Shown: positions 13,351-28,005 of the stretch, in pieces | Numbering within the stretch: the stretch's first letter is position 1 | Layout: every line of letters starts with the position of its first letter | Program-made: the position numbers and the translations under genes | From: Octopus vulgaris | Taxonomy: Eukaryota | Direction of reading: 5' to 3' | Assembly (NCBI GenBank): GCA_951406725.2 | Contig: OX597818.1 | Span: 86,738,001 to 86,802,000, forward strand | Length of the DNA stretch: 64,000 nucleotides | The notes under the pieces: model-generated | Seen by the model: the letters and a program-made list of their open reading frames with translations, nothing else | What the model was told of the DNA's origin: nothing | Database searches by the model: none

Positions 13351-13917
13351 TTGGGTTGTCCGGAAAGTTCTTGCCGATATATAGTAGCTTACCTTTCGAT
13401 TTATTTTAGAACATGGTTGAGTCCATAAAATAGGATTTTACTACACCTCCATTTAGAGCACAGTTTAAGACTATCTTTTCGTGGTAGAAGGTTTATATTC
13501 CTATAACCTGTGTTAATTCTGTAACCCTTTAAAATGGAAGATAAGAAAGTTCATTTTCGGCACTTGATGATTTGGGAACAAGATAAAAATTGCTGCAGTT
13601 TGGCTGAGATGTGTTACCCCAGCCTCGATATTCACCAGATATTGCTCCTTCGGATTTCCACTTATTCAGATCTCTGCAGAATAGTCTTAATGCTAAAAAT
13701 TTCAATTCCTTGAATGACATAAAAAGATACCTGGATGAATTCTTTGCCATGAAACCGCCTCAATTCTGAGAAGAGGGTATTTTCAAGTTAAAGGAAAGAA
13801 GGAGACGTATTGTACAACAAAATGGTTCATATTTGGTTGATTAAAAATGCATTGGCAAGTATTTATTGACCTTTTTCTTTCCTTTTAAAATCGGCACGAA
13901 CTTTCCGGACAACCCAA
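13351..13917 (+). mobile_element. Internally deleted mariner element
   Basis: ~28-bp TIRs ttgggttgtccggaaagttc(g/t)tgccgat and TA TSD. MEDKKVHFRH start is fused to a C-terminal YSPDIAPSDFHLFRSLQN motif. Confidence 0.92.
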
Positions 13918-14794
13918 TATTTATAAATGTTGGTGTATGATTATAAGTGGGAGTTTTTAACGCTACGTTTGTTCGTGAGTGACTTTTATCGTAAAACTAA
14001 TATCGACTACCTCTATTATAAATGATATTTCATGGCTGAATAATTGGGGTGGGAAAATATTTTCAAACACTATAGCGGCAATAGAACACAACCCACCAAC
14101 ATAAGAAAACAAGTTTAAAAAAAGAGCTGCTATAACTAGACTAACGCAAAAATATAGAACAAATGAACGAATTAGAAACACTACGATCTCATACAAAACA
14201 CAAGAGAATAAGCGTCATGCTGCAAAAAATAACGAGTCAACCAAATGTGAAACACAAATTAGTTTATAAACACAAATGTGAGACCACAATCACACCAACG
14301 AATATGAATATGTCTCCAAAACCGAATTGTAAGAGTTCTCGCCTGAAAATCGCAGTGACATGAAACTTGAGTCGCAAGATAACAATTCAGTTTCAATAAA
14401 GCACTTTATAATATATATTTAGCATTCCTCTCTTATTCGTTCCACGCACTTCAACGTTCGTCTGTGCGCTCGTGTATGTGTGTCTGCTAATGAATGCTAT
14501 ACATGGAGATATCATCTACTTCTTACTTCAGTCTACTGGAGGAATAGAAGTAGAATGAGGTATTTTTGCCTCTTGGCTGAAACAGTTGTAAGTTATTTTC
14601 ACAATTTATATTCCTGTATGTTATATTTTACTGGTATCTTTATATATTAATATACTTTATATGTAAAGCATAATATGTTATACAAGTATGTATATTCTTG
14701 CAATTGTCATTTGAGTAAATAAATAAAGAAGTTGACATTATATTATGTCTAAAAGTTGATGAACCGCCTATTGATCCCCTCCATTTTCTTATTG

Positions 14795-14796
<2 letters not shown>

Positions 14797-14825
<29 letters not shown>

Positions 14826-14862
14826 ACTCTCTCTCTCTATATATGATGTACATGGACATATA

Positions 14863-14940
<78 letters not shown>

Positions 14941-14947
14941 CATATAT

Positions 14948-15003
<56 letters not shown>

Positions 15004-15025
15004 GCTACCTATATATATATATATA

Positions 15026-15089
<64 letters not shown>

Positions 15090-15107
15090 CATATACATAT
15101 ACTATAT

Positions 15108-15160
<53 letters not shown>
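14797..15160. repeat. (CT)n-(TA)n compound microsatellite
   Basis: Directly visible. Confidence 0.95.
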
Positions 15161-15161
<1 letters not shown>

Positions 15162-16373
15162 GCATATAAAGCGAGAGTTATATTTATATATAAAATGATG
15201 CACACACACACACACATATATATATACATATATAGTGTGTGTGTGTGTGTGTAGACATATATGTAATATATATATTGATAATAATGAGTATGATAATGAG
15301 GAGGATGCTGAAGAGGATTACTTCATTTCGTCAGATGATAGCCGTCTCACATTCAACCTGATCGTTCTGATTTACTTTCCTTCTTACATGTGCGTGAATA
15401 TGACATTTGAATACCATGCATCCATCACCATAGGACTTTAGAAAATACGAAACGGAACGAGAAATGAAATGGTCGTGAGACATGTGTCCGTCATTGGATT
15501 TAAGTGACAAAAGCCTGTATTAACACTTTTTCCACTCCCTCGGTCGCCACGGTAGATTCCAGTGGCAAGCATCGCAAGATGCCTGGTGCTACTTTGACGG
15601 CAGGTTTTATGTCAGAGTATCTTTCTTTAGAAGAGCTACCTTTTCTACACCTTTGTTAAAAAAAAAAAACAGAAAAACAGGAGTCTCCCTTACTGTTGGA
15701 AAATCTCTACGACCCATATATGGGAGCCTGACAGGCACTACCGTTCCAGGTCAGAGCAGACCAAGGGTCATTGTTAATTAAGGGGCGATCACAGACGCAC
15801 CACAACTTCAAAACTCACGAACTGAAGCCTCGCCACCAGATGCAGCTTAATGTCATACCCACAAGCACAGACACATCACACACACACACATACACACACA
15901 TCCATATACATACACACACACACTAATTTATACATATATATATATATATATGTACATGTTACGTACACGCATTTATTATAATAGTAAATAAAATATACAT
16001 ATAGTTATAAATATACGTGGGTGTGAAATATGTATATGTGTATATATATATTTTTTTATAAATATATATATATATATGTGTGTGTGTGTATATATATATA
16101 TGTATGTTTGTATGTATACATGTATGTACGTATGTATGTATGTATGCATACATACACACTCACGAAATTAATCTTGTGATTGTGTATCATTGACAATAAG
16201 TGCACGATAGCAATTACGTAACACACTTCAAAGTATATGAGTTTATTAATTCTTCTAGAAGAACCTTACAGGAAATATTATCTTATAATCTCTTACACGG
16301 AACAATTCTGAGATTATTTCGGGACATTCCTCTTGGAATCAGATAATAAATTTAATTAAATTGAGTCAAGATA

Positions 16374-17200
<827 letters not shown>

Positions 17201-17633
17201 ACATACATATATAGACATATGTACGTTTGTACGTATGCATGTGAGCGTGCGTGTGTATTTATATATGTCTGTATGTGAGTATATACATCTATATAAATTA
17301 GCATACACGTATACACTCAAGCTCACGCAGAGGCATATGCGCACACGCGCACGCATATACACATACACACACACACATACAGAAGCACATAAGAAAGGAA
17401 GTTACCTTCCCAACATGTGTCTTAAGCTGAACTGTGACATCCCAACCTCTTTCCCACAGATGGCGCTGGCATCATTTTAGTCAATAGTTAAATATTCTTT
17501 CATTCAAAACATATCGACCTTCTTTAAAATTCAACGGTAGGTGTCGCAGTTGAGCTTGATGTCAGTCATCATTAAATCAGGCTTATAATGAAGTTCTTTC
17601 CAGCCGTGACTCTTCCAACTTCGGTTTATTATA

Positions 17634-18194
17634 TTGGGTTGTCCAGAAAGTTCGTGCCGATTTTAAAAGGAAAGAAAAAGGTCAATAAATACATGCCAAT
17701 ACATTTTTAATCAACCAAATATGAACCATTTTGTTGCACAATGCGTCTCTGTCTTTTCTTTAACTTGAAAATACCCTCTTCCCAGAATTGAGGTGGTTTC
17801 ATGGCAAAGAATTCATCAAAGTATCTTTTTACGTCATTCAAGGAATTGAAATTTTTAGCATTAAGACTATTCTGCAGAGATCTGAATAAGTGGAAATCCG
17901 AAGGAGCAATATCTGGTTAATATGGAGGGTGGGGCGACACATCCCAGCCGAGCTGCAGCAATTTTTGTCTTGTTCCCAAATCATCCAGTCCCGAAAATGA
18001 ACTTCTTATCTTCCATTTTATAGGGTTACAGAATAAACACAGGTTATAGGAACATAAACCTTCTTCCACGAAAAGATAGCTTAAACTGTGCTCTAAATGG
18101 AGGTGTAGTAAAATCCTATTTTATGGACTCAACCATGTTCTAAAATAAATTGAAAGGTAAGCTACTATAAATCGGCATTTTCCGGACAACCCAA
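17634..18194 (-). mobile_element. Second copy of the same deleted mariner, inverted orientation
   Basis: Same TIRs and same deletion junction (gatgatttgggaacaaga). WDVSPHPPY.PDIAPSDFHLF on the minus strand. Confidence 0.92.
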
Positions 18195-18409
18195 CACTTC
18201 TATTTTGTTCAATCCATTCTTCTTTAATGTTAAGATGCTATGTGAGAGAGATTTGGTTATTATTTCTAGCAGATCGAGCGACCGCTGAGTAGTTTACTTG
18301 TTAGCTCCTGATTTTGGTGATGTCGGTGAATTTGATTGCATACCAACGAGAGAGATGGTGGGGGTAACCAGCAGTAGATGAAAAGAACGAGGAAACTGTA
18401 AAAGGAGGC

Positions 18410-18945
18410 TGTGGATGATGGTGGTAGTAATGGTGGTGATTATGATGATGATGACGATGATGATGACGACTACAACAATGAGATAGAGAAGCAAAAGGCG
18501 GAGGCGGATGGGGAGGTAGGGAGGAGGGGGAGAGAGAAGAGGAGAAGGAGGAGAGGGGGAGGAAAAGGAAGGAAAGAAGCTGTCGCGGGCGGTGATAGTG
18601 GTAGTTGCTGTTGGTGCTGGTGCTGGTGCCAATGGCGATTGATGGTGGTGGTGGTGGTGGTGGTGGTGGTGGTGGTAGAGAAGAGAGGGGCTAGGGGAAG
18701 AGGAAACGGTGGAAGTGTGGAGGGGAAGGAGGAAGCGGAGGAGGGGGAAAGAGGACCACAACGATGACGATGACAACGACGAACACGTTAAAGAAGACGA
18801 CGAAAACGACGGAAAAAAATCACAGTGGTAGTCGTGGCGGGATTGGGTGGGCGTTTTGGTGGAATGTCGATAATCATTATCATAAGTATGACTATGACTA
18901 TGATGGATATATAACGATTATGAAGCCGAATCATTATTATTATTA

Positions 18946-19003
<58 letters not shown>

Positions 19004-19036
19004 CATCATCATCATCAGCATCATCATTATTATTAT

Positions 19037-19092
<56 letters not shown>

Positions 19093-19116
19093 GTTAACAT
19101 TATAATTATTGTTATC

Positions 19117-19184
<68 letters not shown>

Positions 19185-19213
19185 CATCATCATCAGCATC
19201 ATCATTATTATTA

Positions 19214-19266
<53 letters not shown>

Positions 19267-19287
19267 TTATTATTATAATTATTGTTA

Positions 19288-19324
<37 letters not shown>

Positions 19325-19347
19325 CATCATCAGCATCATCATCATCA

Positions 19348-19405
<58 letters not shown>

Positions 19406-19423
19406 TATTATTATAATTATTAC

Positions 19424-19471
<48 letters not shown>

Positions 19472-19500
19472 CATTATTATTATTATTATTATTATTATTA
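18410..19500. repeat. Trinucleotide low-complexity block (GAT/GGA/GGT followed by long ATT/ATC)
   Basis: Directly visible; explains the homopolymeric ORFs. Confidence 0.9.
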
Positions 19501-19839
19501 CGATAAACCATTTAAAGAGCACATTCCGCTGCTTCTAAAATGTCACACCGTCTACTCAGCCGCAGTTAAATAAATTTCTTTGCTTTGAGGTTTGAAATTG
19601 TTAAAAAAAAACAATAAAAATTCAAAAATCTAAATAGATAAATAAAATTATTAATAGTATTAAGAAAAGATTATTAATAATACCATACGAGAAAATACGC
19701 TCGTTTATTATCTTAATTATGCAATTAACTCATTTTATATTTACAGACGTTCTAAATTTACCAGACGTTGAAATCTCTTCAGAAGAAACGTCCATAATTC
19801 CTGAATGTCAATCGCTTTCATAATATAATGTTGTTGTAA

Positions 19840-20633
19840 GGCGGCGAGCTGGCAGAAACGTTAGCACGCCGGGCGAAATGCTTAGCGGTATTTCGTCTGC
19901 CGTTACGTTTTGAGTTCAAATTCCGCTGAGTGTCGACTTAGCCTTTCATCCTTTCGGGGTCGATTAAATAAGTACCAGTTACGCATTGGGGTCAATGTAA
20001 TTGACTTAATCCTTTTGTCTGTCCTTGTTTGTTCCCTCTGTGTTTAGCCCCTTGTGGGTAGTAAAGAAATAGGTATTTCGTCTGCCGCTACGTTCTGAGT
20101 TCAAATTCCACCGAGGTCGACTTTGCCTTTCATCATTTCGGAGTCGATTAAATAAGTACCAGTTACGCATTGGGGTCAATGTAATTGACTTAATCCTTTT
20201 GTCTGTCCTTGTTTGTCCTCTGTATGTTTGCCCCCTTCTAGGCAATAAAGAAATAGGAAATGTTAGCACGCCAGGCGAAATTAGCGGTATTTCGTCTGCC
20301 GTTACGTTCTGAGTTCAAATTCCGCCGAGGTCGACTTTGCCTTTCATCCTTTCGGGGTCGATAAATTAAGTACAAGTTACGCAATGGGGTCGATGTAATC
20401 GACTTAATCCGTTTGTCTGTCCTTGTTTGTCCCCTGTATGTTTAGCCCCTTGTGGGCAATAAAGAAATAGGTATTTCGTCTGCCGCGACGTTCTGAGTTC
20501 ATATTCTGCCGTGGTCGACTTTGCCTTTCATCCTTTCGACGTCAATAAATTAAGTACCAGTTGCGTACTGGGGTCAGTCTAATCGACTGGTCCCCTCCCC
20601 CGAAAATTTCAGGCCTTATGCCTAGAGTAGAGT
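19840..20633 (+). mobile_element. Head-to-tail array of four SINE family B units
   Basis: ggtatttcgtctgccg...gagttca...gtcgact...aagtac.ag recurs near 19887, 20072, 20286 and 20470. Confidence 0.9.
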
Positions 20634-20920
20634 ATATATATATAAAAATTAATACAGACATCATTGTGCAATGTTTTACCAAAAAGGTAAACTATAATTG
20701 TCAGTAAATATGACTAGGGTGTTAGAAACACCTACATTGCTAGAAATAAGAGCTAAAATGCTCTGATGCTGTAGTCAAAAAACATAATTGTATACATATA
20801 TACTTACAGGAATATTTTTCGGGTGATTATAGTTCCTGTTAGTATGCATGTACACAATTACGTGCTTTCACATTTCTAAATCTCTCAGAGAGAGTTATGC
20901 AGTAACAGCACGATAAAGTG

Positions 20921-21150
20921 ATGGCTTGTTGCCAACTTAATGTGTAAGTGCCAGGAAAGGTAAGAATCTTACTGTTATTTAGCCCCAAGAAACACGGTTT
21001 CTAGTTGGCTACGCGACACAAGCGTTCTGTGTCCTGTGTCACAGAACGCTTACGTTGCGTAGCCAACTAGAAGCCGTGTTTCTTGGGGCTAAATAACAGT
21101 AACATTGTTCCCCTTCCTAGGACTGCATTATTTGGCTGGCAACAAGCCAT
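20921..21150. repeat. Long imperfect palindrome (fold-back / MITE-like)
   Basis: Inner arms ~20969-21031 and ~21039-21101 are near-perfect complements. Outer arms are atggcttgttgcca / tggcaacaagccat. Confidence 0.9.
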
Positions 21151-21202
<52 letters not shown>

Positions 21203-21371
21203 CATATTGTGTTTATTGTGTTCACGAAGAGAGCTCAGTGAATGTTATGCGAGTTGGTGGAGGCGTGGCTTTGCAATAAGAAGTTTTCCTCATCACATGA
21301 TTCCAGGTTCAGTCCCGCTGCGTGGCACATTGGGCAAGTGCTTTCGTCTTTATCCTGGAGGCTACAGAAGG

Positions 21372-21472
<101 letters not shown>

Positions 21473-21504
21473 TGCGTGTGTGAAGGGCTTCTATATACAT
21501 ACAT

Positions 21505-21582
<78 letters not shown>

Positions 21583-21586
<4 letters not shown>

Positions 21587-22006
21587 CAGAGATACGGAGA
21601 AAGCTCGCGATAGCTGCGAGTCGTGGACAAGTTGAAGGCAGATGAGAAAAGAGTGGACGCTTTTGAAATGTGGTGTTACCGCAGAATCCTTAGAGTGTCG
21701 TGGACGGAGAGAAGGGCGAACAACTAGGTACGACAAAAGCTCGGTTGCGAGATGACGCTTCGGCGAAACATCATGAAGAGGAAGCTACGGTTCTTTGGCC
21801 ACGTCATGCGCCGGGATGGACTGGCAAGGTGAACGGCAAACGTGAAAGAAGCAGACCACCCATTTCTTGGCTGAAAGACATCGCAGCCACAGGATTGTCT
21901 TTGTTCTCAGCTGTCCATGGAATAGAGGACAGGAGAAGGTGGCAAAGCATCGTGATGACCACTGCATCGCATAGTGCGACACCTGACTAGGATGATGATG
22001 ATGATC
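21583..22006 (+). mobile_element. Decayed RTE-clade LINE 3' end
   Basis: Frameshifted CESWT...EKRVDAFEMWCYRRILRVSWTERR...KLRFFGHVMRR...GKRERSRPPISWLKDI...DRRRWQSIV, followed by a (GAT)n tail. Confidence 0.88.
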
Positions 22007-22763
22007 ATGGGTAATGCAGCTTGCTTTGACAAGAAGCTTTAGCAGAGTAAATTATAAAATTAATGAAAGCTTGTTGTTGTTGTTATTATTATTGTTGTTG
22101 TTGTTGTTGTTCTTCTTCTTCTTCTTCTTCTTCATCATTCATCATCATCATCATCTCCACCACCATCATTATCATTACTGTTGGAGTGGTGCTGTTCGAA
22201 TTAAATTAATAGTGAATCGAACTAAAATAACTTACAGTGTTTACAGAAGAGGTTAGATCTCTCTCCGGATCGACTTATTGTATTAAACACAGTAAATAAC
22301 GGAGGAAGACGAACGATAAGCGGTCTCAGCGGCGGCCAGCGAGAAAACGAGATGCATTTCGGTCTTTTGGGATTATCTCTCTACGGATTGGTTTATGGCG
22401 TTAAAAATATAATTATTATTAAAGGAAGACTAAAAACCGCCCAAACAGATGCCAGCGAGACCGCCAGATGTATGGTGCCCTTTCTAGGCACTTCAATGAC
22501 GTATACTGCCTTATCAACAATGTATACATACATACCTACATACATACATATATATTTACTCTTTTACTTGTTTCAGTCAGTTGACTGCAGCCATGCTGGA
22601 GCACCGCCTTTAGTCGCGCAAATCGACCCCGGGACTTATTCTTTGTAAGCCCAGTACTTATTCTATTGGTCTGTTTTGCCGAACCGCTAGGTGACGGGGA
22701 CTTAAACACACCAGCAGCGGTTGTCAAGCAATGCTAGGGGGACAAACACAGACACACAAACAT

Positions 22764-22835
<72 letters not shown>

Positions 22836-23580
22836 GTAGTATGTATGTATGGCCCGCACACACGCGTAGACGCGCACGCGCACGCACGCGCGCGCGCACG
22901 GGCGGACACGCATATATACACACACCATCCTACCCCAAAAAAATTCTTTAAACAACACACATCTATTTTCACCACCCTGAAACCATTCAAAAACAGGCTC
23001 CACACACACGCAGACGCTTGTATACGTGTGTGTGCACGCACACTCACACCAGCCTCACCTACAACCACACACACTTGACAAACAGACGCCATCTGACCAA
23101 ATACTACAGGCACACAGACACATCTATTCACGCACACGCAGAGAGACACACATACTCACCTCATGCTAACCCCAAAATCATTGATGCTTGAAGGAAAGCC
23201 ATAAACAGAAAAAAACGGGTACATTTTTCTCAATTCAACATTTCTGCTAAAACAGACAGGTCAGTAAACAAACTCGCCTTGAATTCATAATATTCTGTAC
23301 TGACCCTGAGATGTATAATATATTCATTTTAATAATTTTTTCTGCCAATTTTTCAAATATTCTCACCATACTGTTGTACTATGTCCTTTTTACCAAAGAC
23401 TGTATATATACATGTAATGTGACAATTTGCAACAACCAATAATTAACGCAACCAAACTTCCAATAATATATTTGTTTTATTCTTTTCTGCCCCTTTTTTT
23501 CAAATATTCTCATCACACTGTTGAACTTCTTTATGCCCTTAACATGTCCCTGTTATGTCCCATGTATGTATGTATGTACG

Positions 23581-23614
<34 letters not shown>

Positions 23615-24809
23615 TGTATGTATGTATGTATGCATGTATGATACGCACATAGCTCTTTGAATATTATACTGTCTCATTTGTGTTTACCGGATTATGCAAA
23701 TAGCTATATTGTAAAAGATATTTTTACAGAAACATATTCGTAACTATTTTCAAAGATATTTGATATTTCAATAGTATAAATAGCAAGGACGTGTTAAGTT
23801 TATAATAAAATAGCTCAGGTCACATGGTTATCTCGTAGAAACTAGAATGTCGAGTAATAGAGAGTTCTGTTAATTTGAACTCAACTGTATTTTAATCCCC
23901 ACTAGATGCTAATAAAACATTTTACCTAGAACTTTCTATTTCTGCTGGTAGTTTAACGACCATGAACAACTTGTAAGTTTGCCTAAACTAATGATATCGG
24001 CTCTTTTTCGTTTTCTCTGTTTCTTTTTTTACAGTTATGCTTCTCTTTTATCTTATTCAGAATTGTGTCTGATAAAAGCTGATATAGAACTAAATACCGA
24101 CAACGTGCTGATCAAAGACTTTCCAACTGCGACCATCCAATGAGGGCTGACCTGGGACTAAGAGCTGACAACGTGTTGATGAAAGACGTTCCAGTTGTGA
24201 CCATCCATTAAGGGTTAAGCTGGGACTAAATATTTAAATATAATTTCTTGATAATTATTAGTTATGATATGTATATCTATTTATTTATTATGTTTATTAT
24301 TATTTTTATAATGTGATTTAACGTATTACATATAATTTAATTTGAGAAATAGATTTGTAAGACAATATATTATTTAATAGTTAGTTGGTCTATTTATTAC
24401 GTAGTATTACATTTAAGTAAATTAGTTTAATATTAATTGATATTTTGGTCAACTATATAATTGAGTAAAATAATAAATCTATAGATACTACATATATATT
24501 AATAATATAGTTAGTTTATCTAATAGGTGTGTATATATTTGAGCCATTTCCTATTTTTAATTCTAATATTTATAGCTTGTACTAACGTTATGTAAAATAA
24601 ATTAATTAATAATTTAATTTAATGTATATAGATTAAATTATAGTATTTAGTTTTCACTTAATGTATATTTTGTATTTTAATCAATTGTATCTTATTTTTT
24701 TATTCTTTTTTTTTTAAACAAGAATATATTTAAGATATTTCGTATTTTACAAGATTATTTACGAATGTTTATTAATTTATGTAATTAATTATTTTACTGT
24801 TTTTATCTT

Positions 24810-24904
24810 TAACCTGAAGAGTGACTATATTTATATTGAAGTGATTTTACTATTATTATTACTATTTTCATTTCTTAAATATAGCCACGAAACACATGTC
24901 GTTA
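24810..24904 (+). ncRNA. Type I hammerhead ribozyme, intact core
   Basis: taac-CTGAAGA-gtgactatattta...taaatatagccac-GAAA-cacatg-TC-gtta; stems I, II and III and the core are all present. Confidence 0.8.
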
Positions 24905-25021
24905 TTCTACCAAATATATACGTTTTATTTATTATTTTGCACATTACTTAATCATTGTTATATGTTTTATCTTATATATTTAATTTTTCATTATTGAATT
25001 GATAAAAGGTGTTTTTTTCTA

Positions 25022-25089
<68 letters not shown>

Positions 25090-25097
<8 letters not shown>

Positions 25098-25900
25098 TCA
25101 ATATAGGGTGGCAAAAAAAATTTTGTAGAATTTTTTTTGCCACCGGCACTAGTGGGAAAAAATTAAATAGTCATAGACCATTTATAAGTTCAACATCACA
25201 ATCAAGGAACGGCCATAATAGGCCATTCACCCACTAGAAATAACAGCCAAAGCTTCAACCGCAAAATAACATTAATTCCGCAAACCAGGAGAAAATTAAA
25301 AAACAATTTTTTAATTTTCTCCTGGTTTGCGGAATTAATGTTATTTTGCGGTTGAAGCTTTGGCTGTTATTTCTAGTGGGTGAATGACCTATTATGGCCG
25401 TTCCTTGATTGTGATGTTGAACTTATAAATGGTCTATGACTATTTAATTTTTTCCCACTAAACTGCTGGTGGCAAAAAAATTCTACAAAATTTTTTTTGC
25501 CACCCTATATTGATTAATTATGAATTTTCTGGTTGATTCCGTAATGGAATCGGCGGCTTATATTTATTTGCTGCCGATAAATTTGGCGCGAGTGCGATGA
25601 TTTGAAAATTTTAGGTCAGATATTGCCGAGGCAGGGACAGAAATGCCTCGTGAAAATATCTGTTCCGTTCTGGCTATTTCTTACTGACGAATCTAAGGGC
25701 CTATGGAAGATTGGCTTGATTTAATTTAATCAGGTTAGTTTACCATTAAACAGTAGATGAAACGGTGCATCGTATAAGAAATTACAGGGTAAATGTTTTT
25801 TTAATTTTCTCCTGGTTTGCGGAATTAATGTTATTTTGCGGTTGAAGCTTTGGCTGTTATTTCTAGTGGGTGAATGGCCTATTATGGCCGTTCCTTGATT

Positions 25901-25905
<5 letters not shown>
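25090..25905 (+). mobile_element. ORF-less HHR-containing element (retrozyme / non-autonomous PLE-like) with a 5' inverted arm and a 490-bp partial tandem repeat
   Basis: Inverted repeat 25090-25303 / 25307-25521. Direct repeat 25307-25415 = 25797-25905. Flanked by (TA)n. Confidence 0.8.
25676..25782 (+). ncRNA. Type I hammerhead ribozyme, intact
   Basis: atttctta-CTGACGA-atcta...tagat-GAAA-cggtgcatcg-TA-taagaaat; 8-bp stem I and a near-palindromic stem III. Confidence 0.88.
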
Positions 25906-25931
<26 letters not shown>

Positions 25932-26148
25932 CTTTCTCTTTCTCTTTTACTTGTTTCAGTCATTTGACTGTGGCCATGCTGGAGCACCGCCTTTAGTCGA
26001 GCAACTCGACCCTGGGACTTATTCTTTTTGTAAGCCCAGTACTTATTCTATCGGTCTCTTTTTGCCGAACCGCTATTATATTTTGTGAAATTTGATTTAG
26101 TATTTCTAAACTGAATTTTCCCTGTAAGTTTGGAATAATATTCCCTCA

Positions 26149-26179
<31 letters not shown>

Positions 26180-26204
26180 GTTATTATTATTATTATTATA
26201 TATA

Positions 26205-26590
26205 TTCTTTTACTTGCTTCAGTCATTTAACTGTGACCATGCTGGAGCACCGCTTTTTTTAGTGGGGCAAATTGACCCCAGGACTTATTCTTTGTAAGCC
26301 TAGTACTTATTCTATCGGTCTCGTTTGCCGAAACGCTAAATTACGGGGACGTAAACACACCAGCATCGGTTGTCAAGCGATGTTGGTGGGGGACAAACAC
26401 AGACACACAAACACACATATATATACAAATACATATATACAAAGGGCTTCTTTCAGTTTCCGTCAACCAAATCCACTCACAAGGCTTTGGTTGGCTCGAA
26501 GCTATAGTAGACGACACTTGCTCAAGGTGCCACGCAATGGGACTGAACTTGGAACCATGTGGTTGGTAAGCAAGCTACTTACCACACAGA
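26205..26590 (-). mobile_element. tRNA-derived CORE-like SINE, family A, with internal microsatellite
   Basis: Minus strand reads tgtgtggtaag...agttcagtccc...caccttgagcaagtgtc (CORE-like)...ggtgctccagcatgg...agtaaaaga. About 20 further copies or fragments occur in the window. Confidence 0.85.
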
Positions 26591-26693
26591 CACATACATA
26601 AACATTTGAAAATAAATTATCATCTTATTTGTATGTCACAACACACATTTCAGCGTTTCTAAAACGGACATTGGTTTGTTTACATTTATCGTA

Positions 26694-26760
<67 letters not shown>

Positions 26761-27253
26761 TTTTTTTTTTGTCCCCACCACCATCGCTTGACAACCAGTG
26801 TTGATGTGTTCGCGTCTCCATTACTCGGCGATTCGGCCAAATGACCGATAGAATAAGTACCTACCTTAAAAATCAAGTACTGGGGTCGATTCTTTCGAAT
26901 GAAAACTCAAAACAGTGCTCCAACACGGTCGCCATGAAATGACTGAAACAAGTTAAAGAATAAGAGAATAAATATTATTAGGAATTATATTATAAAATTT
27001 TAAATATAATTAAAATATCTTATTCTTGCATTTTTTTTTACCCGTTTCAGTTATTTGATTGCGACCATGCTGGAGCACCGCCTTAAAGGGTTTTTGTAGA
27101 AGAAATCGACCCCAAGACTTACTTTTTGTAAGCCTAGTACTTATTCTATCGTTTTCTTTTGACGAATCACTAAGTTACTGGCACATACATAAACACACTA
27201 ATATCGGTTGTCAAGCGATGGTGGGAGGACATATACACAAAGATACACACACG

Positions 27254-27285
<32 letters not shown>

Positions 27286-27430
27286 CACACACACGTATAT
27301 ATATATATATGTGTGTGTGTGTGTATAGTTAATCCAAACATGAAAACACAAAGAGAAAATACAACAACTCGAGGACGTGGAACAAGTATAGTGTTATTGG
27401 ACGCTCAGGAAAGGAAAGAAAGAAGAAGGA

Positions 27431-27463
27431 TTTAACGTTTCGAGCGGAGCTCTTCGTCAGAAA
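27431..27463 (-). ncRNA. Minimal type I hammerhead ribozyme
   Basis: Minus strand ttt-CTGACGA-a-gagc-tcc-gctc-GAAA-cg-TT-aaa with palindromic aacgtt stem III. Lies in a ~160-bp insert (27329-27490) between microsatellites. Confidence 0.7.
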
Positions 27464-27491
27464 CATAGAAAAAGGAAAGATCCAAGGAAAT

Positions 27492-27640
<149 letters not shown>

Positions 27641-27888
27641 CATATATATATACATATATATACATATATAGAGAGAGAAATAATACATGCTGGGTGGAGG
27701 TGCTTATCTCCCCCTTGTACACATAAAGACACAGGAACTGTGTCAAGGCCGACAGGAAGCGGTGCTGCTTCCTAGGTCGAAATAGCAGTAGTATTATTCA
27801 TTTCATGGGACTGTCACATGAAGTTGACAGCATACAACTACTTTAATTGTGAGTACATTTGGTAGACGAAATCTAAAAGAAGCCCGTC

Positions 27889-27942
<54 letters not shown>

Positions 27943-27951
27943 GACGGGCTT

Positions 27952-28005
<54 letters not shown>

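Noticed and set aside
22248-22648. Long open frame in CpG-rich unique sequence
   Set aside because: No motif recognised, no clear donor, and the frame ends in a SINE.
27736-27792. HHR-like fold; similar weak cases at 9937, 32509, 33295, 42040 and 62356
   Set aside because: Each lacks at least two required core or stem elements.
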